A stretch of DNA of 63,753 bases from a virus (taxonomy: Duplodnaviria; Caudoviricetes). Shown here one piece after another: positions 56,460-63,753 of the stretch. The notes beneath the pieces were generated by a model, which ran no database searches, was not told the origin of the DNA, and was given only the letters and a program-made list of their open reading frames with translations. The stretch is from IMG/VR virus record IMGVR_UViG_3300032236_000438, positions 1 through 63,753 of that record; one strand, 5' to 3'. The position numbers and the translations under genes are program-made. Every line of letters starts with the position of its first letter. Positions within the stretch are counted from its first letter, which is position 1.

Positions 56460-56692
56460 TGTCCTCATCTGAAGAGTTTAACGATTACGGAACACCGCAT
56501 CATGCCCCACAGGTTGATTTGCCGTTGTCTCTAAGTAGTCAAACAAACACTACAGATAAAAAGAATACTGCATGGAGAAGTTCTAGTGGAGTACTCTCAG
56601 CACAAAACTTTGGAAGCGTTAGAAACTTTGATAGCAAGGCACCTGCACAGGCGCCAGAGGCTGACAAAGGAGCTAAATTCGGAGGAGTCTAA
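56459..56692 (+). CDS. Hypothetical protein
   Basis: TAATG-coupled, 77 aa. Confidence 0.5.
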   Translation: MSSSEEFNDYGTPHHAPQVDLPLSLSSQTNTTDKKNTAWRSSSGVLSAQNFGSVRNFDSKAPAQAPEADKGAKFGGV

Positions 56693-56856
56693 TCCTGATT
56701 TTCAGGAGTAAGCCCATGGAGGGCGCAGTGTTCTTCGTAACGTTTGTCAATTAAGTCATCGTCAGTTGTAGGTTCACCAATACGGTCCTTACAAATCTCA
56801 CACTCAAGAACCCAAACAGTTGGGTCAAAATCTATAGCGACTACATCAATTGACAT
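56689..56856 (-). CDS. 55-aa C2H2-like zinc-finger protein (not in ORF track)
   Basis: Minus-strand SD AAAGGAG; MSIDVVAIDFDPTVWVLECEICKD...EEHCALH. Confidence 0.65.
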   Translation of the reverse strand: MSIDVVAIDFDPTVWVLECEICKDRIGEPTTDDDLIDKRYEEHCALHGLTPENQD

Positions 56857-56906
56857 TTGGACTCCTTTATACAGACATTTAGCTCTCTAACAAGGAAAAT
56901 AGTAAC

Positions 56907-57467
56907 ATGGCTAATACCAACGACATGCACGGCTGGCTCAAGGAGCAGAATCGTCCTGAGTACACCAAGGAAGAAGTCCGTACATTAGCCTCAAATCCAA
57001 AGGGCGCTCAAGACTTTATTGACTCTACCAACAATTATGGTGGAGCAACTATCAACATAAAGAGTGGACGAGTCGCTCAGCCTGGTGACAGAGTCCACCT
57101 TGTAGGCAAGGAACCATCACGCCTTAGTGGTCACCCAGTTCCTACAGAATTTGAAAGTGCTGGAGAAGCACATCCTAAATTAAGCGCAAAACAATTTGCC
57201 TTTCATTTTGTACGCTTAAGTGGGCATGCAACAGACGATAAAGCCAGCATGGGTAGTTGGGTAGATAACAGCAACAAAAAAGCCCGTAGTAAGGGTGTGC
57301 AGATTGACTTGTCAACTGGTCATAAGTATAAAAAAGTTGCTGAGAAAAAAATGATTGACCGTAATGAAGATGCCATCTTTAGCATGAAGAATATGCGTAC
57401 TACCCGCAACGAAGCCGCTCGTAAGCGTCATGGCATTACAGAGCCCCGTCCTCCAAAGGAGAACTAA
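56907..57467 (+). CDS. Hypothetical protein
   Basis: 186 aa; 'YGGATI', 'GSWVD', 'IDLS', 'RNEDAIF'. Confidence 0.6.
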   Translation: MANTNDMHGWLKEQNRPEYTKEEVRTLASNPKGAQDFIDSTNNYGGATINIKSGRVAQPGDRVHLVGKEPSRLSGHPVPTEFESAGEAHPKLSAKQFAFHFVRLSGHATDDKASMGSWVDNSNKKARSKGVQIDLSTGHKYKKVAEKKMIDRNEDAIFSMKNMRTTRNEAARKRHGITEPRPPKEN

Positions 57468-58001
57468 ATGGCTGGTGGCGTAAACAACTTTTCTCCACAA
57501 CAAAACTGGCAATCTTTAGGTGGCAATGGTTTATATGGCTATAACAATCAGGGTGGTGCGGGTACTCCTGTTGCTCGTGATGAACTGGATGCCTCTCGCA
57601 TTGGTGTGGGTAGGGTTCCGTCAGCGGAATATCCTGATGGTTATCTTGGCACTATTCGTTCACGGCGTGATGACCGCTTGTTGGATTCAATCAAATCTCG
57701 TGTCAATCAGAAAGCCTACCAACGAGGCGTCCACAAAGGCGAGCGTATTGAGCCGTCTATGTACTTTTGGCCTGAAGGCATGAACGATATGTCAGGAATT
57801 CAACGCCAGATGAATGCACAACTTGTTAATATAAATGGCGTTAATGTTTACCAAACAATGCGTAGTGCACCAGAAGTTACTCTTCTTCCAGCACCACACC
57901 TTGTTAACGATGGTAAGGCAAACACAATTGCTAATGAGCCAGCACAAATGAATGAACGTCGTCAAGCAATGCTTGCTTACTTGAAACCAGCGTGGCGATA
58001 A
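57468..58001 (+). CDS. Conserved hypothetical protein
   Basis: 'PSAEYPDGYLGTI.SRRDD', 'YQRGVHKGERI'. Confidence 0.6.
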   Translation: MAGGVNNFSPQQNWQSLGGNGLYGYNNQGGAGTPVARDELDASRIGVGRVPSAEYPDGYLGTIRSRRDDRLLDSIKSRVNQKAYQRGVHKGERIEPSMYFWPEGMNDMSGIQRQMNAQLVNINGVNVYQTMRSAPEVTLLPAPHLVNDGKANTIANEPAQMNERRQAMLAYLKPAWR

Positions 58002-58366
58002 TGACACAGACTTTTGATGGTAACTACGATTACACGAAGCCATGGCGAGCACCCGTACAACCAGACCAAGTTGCAAAACGTTGGTCGTACCAGGGCCCAT
58101 GGGCAACCAACATGGAACGCCTAACATCACAGGCCCTGATGGTTGCTACTATTCCTGGAGCAGACCTACAAGCAATGGTGCGTCCACCAATGCCACAGAT
58201 TCGTTTGTTTCCTGACCGTTTTGGTTACGGAGACAATCGTCCTCAGCCAGGTATTGAAGATGTAGTCACAGTTGACCGTCAATATCACGAGCCTCGTATA
58301 TCCTGGTTCTCAGGAAGCCCAGCAGGATTTGGTGGCACAGCACGTAATGACCTTGGAGGTATCTAA
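58001..58366 (+). CDS. Hypothetical protein
   Basis: TAATG-coupled ATG at 58001. Confidence 0.55.
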   Translation: MTQTFDGNYDYTKPWRAPVQPDQVAKRWSYQGPWATNMERLTSQALMVATIPGADLQAMVRPPMPQIRLFPDRFGYGDNRPQPGIEDVVTVDRQYHEPRISWFSGSPAGFGGTARNDLGGI

Positions 58367-58566
58367 TGTTTGATGGCGATGGCATGGAAACAATGGAGTT
58401 GCAAGCACGCAAGATTGTTGAGAACGCAACTCAGTACAAAGGTTCCTCACCTTGCCCAACTTGTGGGGTCATTCTTAATCCAGTAGAAGCCCTTTACAGC
58501 AAGGGAATGTGTTCTACTTGCTATGCTCAAAAGATGGCTGACCGTGTTAAGCGTAAGATGGTGTAA
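58366..58566 (+). CDS. Zn-ribbon protein
   Basis: 'CPTCG...MCSTC'; SD GGAGG. Confidence 0.6.
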   Translation: MFDGDGMETMELQARKIVENATQYKGSSPCPTCGVILNPVEALYSKGMCSTCYAQKMADRVKRKMV

Positions 58567-58568
58567 TC

Positions 58569-59480
58569 GTGGCAAAGAAAAAGAAACCTGTTGGATTACC
58601 GCTTGAAGAATCTCGCAGATTACAAGGCTCTGCAGCAGAGTTAGAGAAGTTTCAAACAGATAAAGCCAGAAAAGCAGAAGAAGCTAAGCTGCCAACTGCT
58701 GAAGACATTGTTGCTCCAAGAGTTGATACTCCTGCGCCAAAAACCCCAAAGAAAAGTAAACCTAAAAAAAGCAGAACCGTTGTTCGCAACCCTGAAACTG
58801 GTCGTGCAGAAAAACCAACACCTGTTGATATAACCAAGCCGGTAGAACGTACTGCAGACCCAGTGATAAAAAAGTTTAAAAAAGGTCAACTTGTAACTGT
58901 TAAGCCTCGTAGACAAAAGAAGCAAACTCCTATTCCTACACCAAAACCAGGACAGGTAGGAAAACTTGAAGGACAAGTTGTTCGTGTAACTCCAGAGAAC
59001 GCAACACAGATTTATGAAGAGCGTCGTAGAACTACTCTTCCAGTTGCAACTCCAGAAGATATGACTCCTGCTGGTCGTCCAGCAGTTCAACCAGTTGTAT
59101 TGCCCTCTAGACTTCGTGGCTCACAAAACAAAAAGAACTTAGGTGGGTTTGCTCGTTCCCATAAAGAAGTTGCAGGAGTCGCACACGAAGCTCTTGGACA
59201 TCTGCAAACTATGGCCCAACATGAGCCAGGAACCCCAGAGCATCACGATGCCCATGAGTCGTTTAACGTCTTACACGCTAAATTAGGGCAGATAAGTAAC
59301 AGTAATTTCCATAAATTTATGGGTATGGGACGAACAATCGTTACCCAGCACAGAGATAAGAACATGGCTAAAGCACTTGAGGTCCATAAACAGGGTGTAG
59401 AAGGTAAACTTGAGGAAGGCAGAATCGCAGAGCAGTCTCGTGGAGAACGCTCTAGAGAAGGTGGAAATAATGGCAGTTAA
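58569..59480 (+). CDS. Basic Pro/Lys-rich hypothetical protein
   Basis: 303 aa, GTG start. Confidence 0.55.
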   Translation: MAKKKKPVGLPLEESRRLQGSAAELEKFQTDKARKAEEAKLPTAEDIVAPRVDTPAPKTPKKSKPKKSRTVVRNPETGRAEKPTPVDITKPVERTADPVIKKFKKGQLVTVKPRRQKKQTPIPTPKPGQVGKLEGQVVRVTPENATQIYEERRRTTLPVATPEDMTPAGRPAVQPVVLPSRLRGSQNKKNLGGFARSHKEVAGVAHEALGHLQTMAQHEPGTPEHHDAHESFNVLHAKLGQISNSNFHKFMGMGRTIVTQHRDKNMAKALEVHKQGVEGKLEEGRIAEQSRGERSREGGNNGS

Positions 59481-59676
59481 CTCATCTCGCTCAATGAACC
59501 AATCATTGAATGAAGGCTCAACAGACGGCAAGTACCGCAAAGCTCGTCCAGATACAGAGGTTATTCCTGGTCTTGGAGACGAAGCGACACTTGATAACCG
59601 CCAGTCACTTCACCCATTTTATGGTTATGGATTCATTACATCTGAGTACCCAAACAAAGTTAACCCAGGTAAGTAA
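59470..59676 (+). CDS. Hypothetical protein
   Basis: 'MAVNSSRSM..SL.EG.TDGKYRK.RPD'. Confidence 0.6.
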   Translation: MAVNSSRSMNQSLNEGSTDGKYRKARPDTEVIPGLGDEATLDNRQSLHPFYGYGFITSEYPNKVNPGK

Positions 59677-59678
59677 TC

Positions 59679-59834
59679 ATGATGTTCAACGACCGTCGTA
59701 CCGCTAAAAAAGCATACAAACAAGAAGTAAAGAGAGCAATGACTGCAACCATTGATGGAAAGCCTGTTTCTAAAAAAGAAGCAAAAGAAGCGGCTAAAAA
59801 ATTTCCCATGGCAACATCTTGGAAACTCAGGTAA
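59679..59834 (+). CDS. 51-aa basic protein (not in ORF track)
   Basis: MMFNDRRTAKKAYK...; flanked by identical 16-bp junction repeats. Confidence 0.6.
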   Translation: MMFNDRRTAKKAYKQEVKRAMTATIDGKPVSKKEAKEAAKKFPMATSWKLR

Positions 59835-59840
59835 GTAATC

Positions 59841-60152
59841 ATGGCTATAATTAAACGAGGCGACAAGGTTGCAGAAGAAGCACTAAAAAAGCGTGCAAGA
59901 GAACAAAGCCGCAATAGACTAATATCTTCTGACGAAACAAAACGTAAAGCAGGCTTAGAAACGGTTGCTGGAAAAAGAATCAAAAAAACTCAAGACGGAA
60001 AAACAAAAGCAACTAAAGTAAATAAAAATGCTAATATTACGAAATCCGAATCTCCAGTAAGTGGAAGCGCTATTACTAAAGCAAAAATTAGTCAAATTAA
60101 AGACCCAGCAAAAAGAAAAGCTGCTTTAGATAAATTTAATGGACGGGACTAA
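59841..60152 (+). CDS. Lys-rich protein
   Basis: 103 aa, very basic. Confidence 0.6.
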   Translation: MAIIKRGDKVAEEALKKRAREQSRNRLISSDETKRKAGLETVAGKRIKKTQDGKTKATKVNKNANITKSESPVSGSAITKAKISQIKDPAKRKAALDKFNGRD

Positions 60153-60154
60153 TC

Positions 60155-60358
60155 ATGGCTACAGCAGTCCCAGACCGTGGAGATAGCCCAAAACGTAAAA
60201 TTAAGTACGCTGATATGAACGTACTAAAGAATCCTGTTTCAGGTGCGTATAACATCCATCACATGGATGATGCGGGTAACTACTACCACAAGCAATATTA
60301 TGGTTACACAAAAAAGCAAGCCATGAAAAAGCATAAAGACGAATATGAAGGTAAGTAA
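60155..60358 (+). CDS. Small basic protein
   Basis: 'SGAY.I...YY..QYYGYTKKQA'. Confidence 0.6.
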   Translation: MATAVPDRGDSPKRKIKYADMNVLKNPVSGAYNIHHMDDAGNYYHKQYYGYTKKQAMKKHKDEYEGK

Positions 60359-60360
60359 CA

Positions 60361-60699
60361 ATGGCTAAGCCAAAGAAGACTAACCGTGCAGGCGCAGGCG
60401 CAGAGATTCGTGGTCGTCGTCCTTTTGAAGCCTCAGCCCTTTCAGGTGTTCCAGGAAGTTCAGGAACAGGCCGTATGGCACAGGAAGATGCAGACAACTA
60501 CCGCAACGCAGACGTTTCCTACACAGTAAAGTCTTACGACACTCCTATTGCATGGCATGACCGCAGCACGGGTTGGCATGTACCAAAGACAAAGCATTCC
60601 TCAACAACATCTCGCCATCAAAGCATCGTTCGTAATGCCTTGACCGAGTTCTCAGATGGACACGACAACGCTAAAGAACAGCAGCTTTGGAACTCTTAA
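60361..60699 (+). CDS. Hypothetical protein
   Basis: 'YTVKSYDTPIAW...KHSSTTSRHQ' motif. Confidence 0.6.
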   Translation: MAKPKKTNRAGAGAEIRGRRPFEASALSGVPGSSGTGRMAQEDADNYRNADVSYTVKSYDTPIAWHDRSTGWHVPKTKHSSTTSRHQSIVRNALTEFSDGHDNAKEQQLWNS

Positions 60700-60734
60700 T
60701 CTGCTAAGATAACCGGTTTACTACAAGGAGCACA

Positions 60735-61289
60735 ATGAGTAACGTACCTTTACTGGGACAAAAACAACAGCCAGCAAATGAACCTATGTTTCGTTTGTTG
60801 TACTGTCTTGTTTGTCAGACCCTTGAAGAATTACCACCGTACGATGGCGACCCAGAATTAGACCACCTTCTCACTATCGCATGTGAAGCACACGTCTTCC
60901 CATCAGGTGAGCCACACAAAGGCAAACTGTTCGTTCTTCCCCTACGAACATGGGCAAAGCCTGAATCAAAGAAAGAAATCATCCGTCAGATTAAAGGCGG
61001 AGGCTCTAAAGGTCTTGCAGAAGTTGACGACACGTTTTACGACTCTCGTTCTACCTTTATGGAAGGCGCAATGGAGTGCTACCAACGACACAACAAGCCA
61101 AAAGACGGTTGTGCTGATTGGCAAGATAAGAGCAAGCTTCTTATTCCTAACACAGTCAAAGAACGTAAGGCTGAGGGAATGGCAAGGTATCAAGATGAGG
61201 CAGGTCCAAAGACCTACCTTTGTAACTTCTGCCCTGTAGCGATTGGGGTAGCAGAACGTAAGCGCAAACTACTAGGAGGAAGACTCTAA
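60735..61289 (+). CDS. Zn-binding hypothetical protein
   Basis: 'CLVC', 'C...H..P..GC', 'YLCNFCPV'; SD AAGGAG. Confidence 0.6.
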   Translation: MSNVPLLGQKQQPANEPMFRLLYCLVCQTLEELPPYDGDPELDHLLTIACEAHVFPSGEPHKGKLFVLPLRTWAKPESKKEIIRQIKGGGSKGLAEVDDTFYDSRSTFMEGAMECYQRHNKPKDGCADWQDKSKLLIPNTVKERKAEGMARYQDEAGPKTYLCNFCPVAIGVAERKRKLLGGRL

Positions 61290-61564
61290 TGGCACAAGTA
61301 AAGTTCACCGTTACCGTAAATGATGACGGTTCAATTAGCACGGCTCCAACACCGGTAGAAGATGGCGTAGCACGTCAAGCCTCTACCTTTGATATTTACC
61401 AAGCAGCCAAAGAGATTGTTTCAGAGATTGAAAACCAACTGCTTGCAGACCGCATAGCACGAACTGTTCTCTCTCGTATGCAGCCTGTAGACCCTGCTGA
61501 AGAAATTAAGTCAAAGATTATTGATGCTTTGAACGATAGGAAGCAAGAAGCCCCAATAGAATAG
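61289..61564 (+). CDS. Hypothetical protein
   Basis: 91 aa, TAATG-coupled. Confidence 0.55.
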   Translation: MAQVKFTVTVNDDGSISTAPTPVEDGVARQASTFDIYQAAKEIVSEIENQLLADRIARTVLSRMQPVDPAEEIKSKIIDALNDRKQEAPIE

Positions 61565-61568
61565 GGGT

Positions 61569-62501
61569 ATGTTTAGAAACCTAGGAAGTAACGCAAATCC
61601 TGTTCACATTCAGGGTTCGCCTACTTCCTATTTTTCTGCCCCTGAACAAGAGTTAGACCCTAAGTTATTCTCAGGAACAACTCTTAAGGGATGGGTTCGT
61701 AATGGCATCTTGCATCTTCTTTTTGACTTCCTAAAAGAACGTTACCGTCATCCTGAGCTATGGGCACATGTATGGATTGCTGGTTCTGGAGTTTCTTACC
61801 AATGGTCTGCTGCTCGTGAGCCTGGTGACTTAGATGTTCTTATTGGTGTGAACTACATTCAATTCCGTAAAGCACATCCAGAGTATGCAGGTCTTGGCGA
61901 TGTTGAAATCAGCAAAATGCTTAATGAGGATTTCCGCAACTATCTACAGCCTGATACTGCAAATTGGAATGGCTATGAAGTTACCTTTTATGTCAATCCT
62001 GGAGCAACAGATATCCGCTCTATTAACCCCTATGCAGCCTACGACTTAACCCATGATGAGTGGACAGTTCATCCTGCACAGACAACTGCTCCTCACAATG
62101 CCGTTTGGGATGAAGTAGCAAAACGTGACCTTTCAATGGCAACTGAGATTGTTACACGATATAGCAAAGCAAGCACTGATATAGACGCTGCTCCTAACGA
62201 TGCAGCACGACGCAACGCTGAAGCACGTTTACACGCTTCTTTGATGCAGGCATCCGCCCTGTATGACGATATCCATTCATCACGCAAATTTGCGTTTCGC
62301 CCTGAAGGACAAGGTTACTCAGACTTTTACAACTACAGATGGCAGGCTGGAAAGAAATACGGAACCATACCTGCCTTACGAAAGATGTCTGAGTACTGGT
62401 CAGCATACAAAGCGCAACAAGCTGATGAGACCTATGGCGTTGAACTGCCAGATACTCAGACCCTAATTAGAAGAGCAGCAACATATAGGGCAAAATCATG
62501 A
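61569..62501 (+). CDS. Pol-beta-superfamily nucleotidyltransferase
   Basis: 'WIAGSGVSYQW....PGDLDVLIG' (GS + DxD); third acidic residue in 'YEVTFYVN'. Confidence 0.75.
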   Translation: MFRNLGSNANPVHIQGSPTSYFSAPEQELDPKLFSGTTLKGWVRNGILHLLFDFLKERYRHPELWAHVWIAGSGVSYQWSAAREPGDLDVLIGVNYIQFRKAHPEYAGLGDVEISKMLNEDFRNYLQPDTANWNGYEVTFYVNPGATDIRSINPYAAYDLTHDEWTVHPAQTTAPHNAVWDEVAKRDLSMATEIVTRYSKASTDIDAAPNDAARRNAEARLHASLMQASALYDDIHSSRKFAFRPEGQGYSDFYNYRWQAGKKYGTIPALRKMSEYWSAYKAQQADETYGVELPDTQTLIRRAATYRAKS

Positions 62502-62830
62502 GTAACCGCAATTTATCTGCAGTTCTTTTTCACGGAACAAATAAGAAGTTTAAAAAAGGTGACGTTCTTTTGCCTCCAAACAAAACAGGTGAAGAGTCTA
62601 GGTCTCATCCAGACATAGACCCACAAGAGTTTAATAACAGAGCACATGTATATATGACTGATTCTCCAGAAGCAGCAGCCAACTATGCTGCTGACAAAGG
62701 TGGCAAATATGTTTATGAAGTAGAACCACATAAAGACGTACATGAAGACCCTGAATCAGCCATTACTGGAGAAGCAGGCAACTACCGAACATCCAAAGCA
62801 ACTGTAAAAAGGCGCATTAGAACCAAATAG
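62498..62830 (+). CDS. Arr-like (rifampin ADP-ribosyltransferase fold) ART
   Basis: 'LFHGT..KF..GD.L.P', 'VYMT', 'AA.YA', 'VYEVEP', 'EDP', 'NYR'. Confidence 0.7.
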   Translation: MSNRNLSAVLFHGTNKKFKKGDVLLPPNKTGEESRSHPDIDPQEFNNRAHVYMTDSPEAAANYAADKGGKYVYEVEPHKDVHEDPESAITGEAGNYRTSKATVKRRIRTK

Positions 62831-62870
62831 ATACACCACATTAGTTAGACTGTTCATGTAGACTGTTCAC

Positions 62871-63449
62871 ATGATTAGATGTTGTGGCGTTAAAGCCTTA
62901 AACCTAGAACCCCACTTGGCAGATACATCTGAGTTTCCAGTAGACCCTACTAGAGACCGTGGCTACGACCGTATGTGTCGCAAGTGTAAGTACGAATACA
63001 ACTTTGCTCGTAGAACAGGCGCACTTCCTACAGGAGTTAGAAAACAATCGTTAACTCATAGGTTTTTAGATGCCTACAAAGTTTCTCCTCAAACTGCATT
63101 AGAAGTGTTACAAGAAGAAGCAGTAATAAATAACAATGGGTGTTGGGTTTGGACTAGAACAGCGAAAATTGATGGATACGGTAATTTTGTTATTAGGACA
63201 TCAAATAAACCTAAAGAACTACCTAACTTTCAAGTTGTACACCATTATTCATATTGGCTTTCTACAGGAAAACTTCCACTAGAAACAATCCATCACAAAT
63301 GTGCTAATCGTTCTTGCTATAACCCAGACCATTTGGAAGAAGCAACAGCACGAGAAAACATGGGAGAAATGTTTGCAAGAAAAGCCTACGAAGAACGTAT
63401 TAGACTACTAGAAGCACGAGTTGCAGAATTAGAAGGAGCACAAAATTAA
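62871..63449 (+). CDS. HNH endonuclease
   Basis: 'GCWVWT', 'DGYG', 'HHKCANRSCYNPDHL...T.RENM'. Confidence 0.85.
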   Translation: MIRCCGVKALNLEPHLADTSEFPVDPTRDRGYDRMCRKCKYEYNFARRTGALPTGVRKQSLTHRFLDAYKVSPQTALEVLQEEAVINNNGCWVWTRTAKIDGYGNFVIRTSNKPKELPNFQVVHHYSYWLSTGKLPLETIHHKCANRSCYNPDHLEEATARENMGEMFARKAYEERIRLLEARVAELEGAQN

Positions 63450-63753
63450 TATTCTTTTAAGTCTTGATGGCGTACTAAGTTCGGAATCAGGAGAACCAAT
63501 CCGAGCAGGAGTGGCACTTTACTACGCCCTAAACATCAACAACCGTGTAGCCATTGCAACCACACGCACTAAAGAAGATGCGGAACAATGGCTAAACTCT
63601 CATGGAATCATCAACTACGATGATTTGATTGACTCCTCTCAGAAGTTAGAGGGCGAAGACCTAAAGAAGCGTCAGTTCATAGTCTCTAGAGCAGCAGCCC
63701 CTATTGAGTTGTATGTGGATTCAGACCCAAGTATGTGTGCATGGGTATTTGAA
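63445..63753 (+). CDS. HAD-fold protein, 3'-truncated, apparent ATT start
   Basis: SD AGGAG-6 nt-ATT; reads INILLSLDGVL...IATTR...WL...YVDSDP. Confidence 0.6.
   Translation, partial: MNILLSLDGVLSSESGEPIRAGVALYYALNINNRVAIATTRTKEDAEQWLNSHGIINYDDLIDSSQKLEGEDLKKRQFIVSRAAAPIELYVDSDPSMCAWVFE

Noticed and set aside
62498-62830. Bona fide rifampin-resistance gene arr
   Set aside because: Only the core ART motifs are recognisable and the protein is short; the substrate cannot be assigned, so no gene symbol is given

Overview
The whole window is a slice of a large tailed dsDNA phage genome with a contractile (myovirus-type) tail. A WhiB gene, a mycobacteriophage-type Zn protein, leaderless promoters and a moderately AT-rich composition suggest a low-GC actinobacterial host such as freshwater Actinobacteria (inference). 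Almost every gene is on the + strand. The order is: portal C-terminus, scaffold, N4-gp56-type major capsid protein; a fibre/decoration block with a very long Gly-X-Y collagen, an Mtd-N protein, a glyco-enzyme insert and an array of nine paralogous ~160-aa domains arranged as three A-B-C triads; a cluster of tiny Lys-rich proteins with an acidic partner, a metallothionein-like peptide and a LysM repeat protein; the tail (sheath, tube, chaperone with a probable +1 frameshift, M23-bearing tape measure, baseplate); a replication/recombination module (HTH initiator containing a DnaA box flanked by repeats, DnaC-like loader, DnaB, primase, SNF2, SSB, PolA, RecA, two resolvases, Cas4-like nuclease, dNMP kinase, WhiB, SpoVS); and a final block of small proteins plus a nucleotidyltransferase, an Arr-like ADP-ribosyltransferase, an HNH nuclease and a HAD-fold gene that appears to start at ATT. 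I saw no tRNA, rRNA, CRISPR array, integrase, terminase or reverse transcriptase. All family assignments come from motif recognition by eye, not from database searches.
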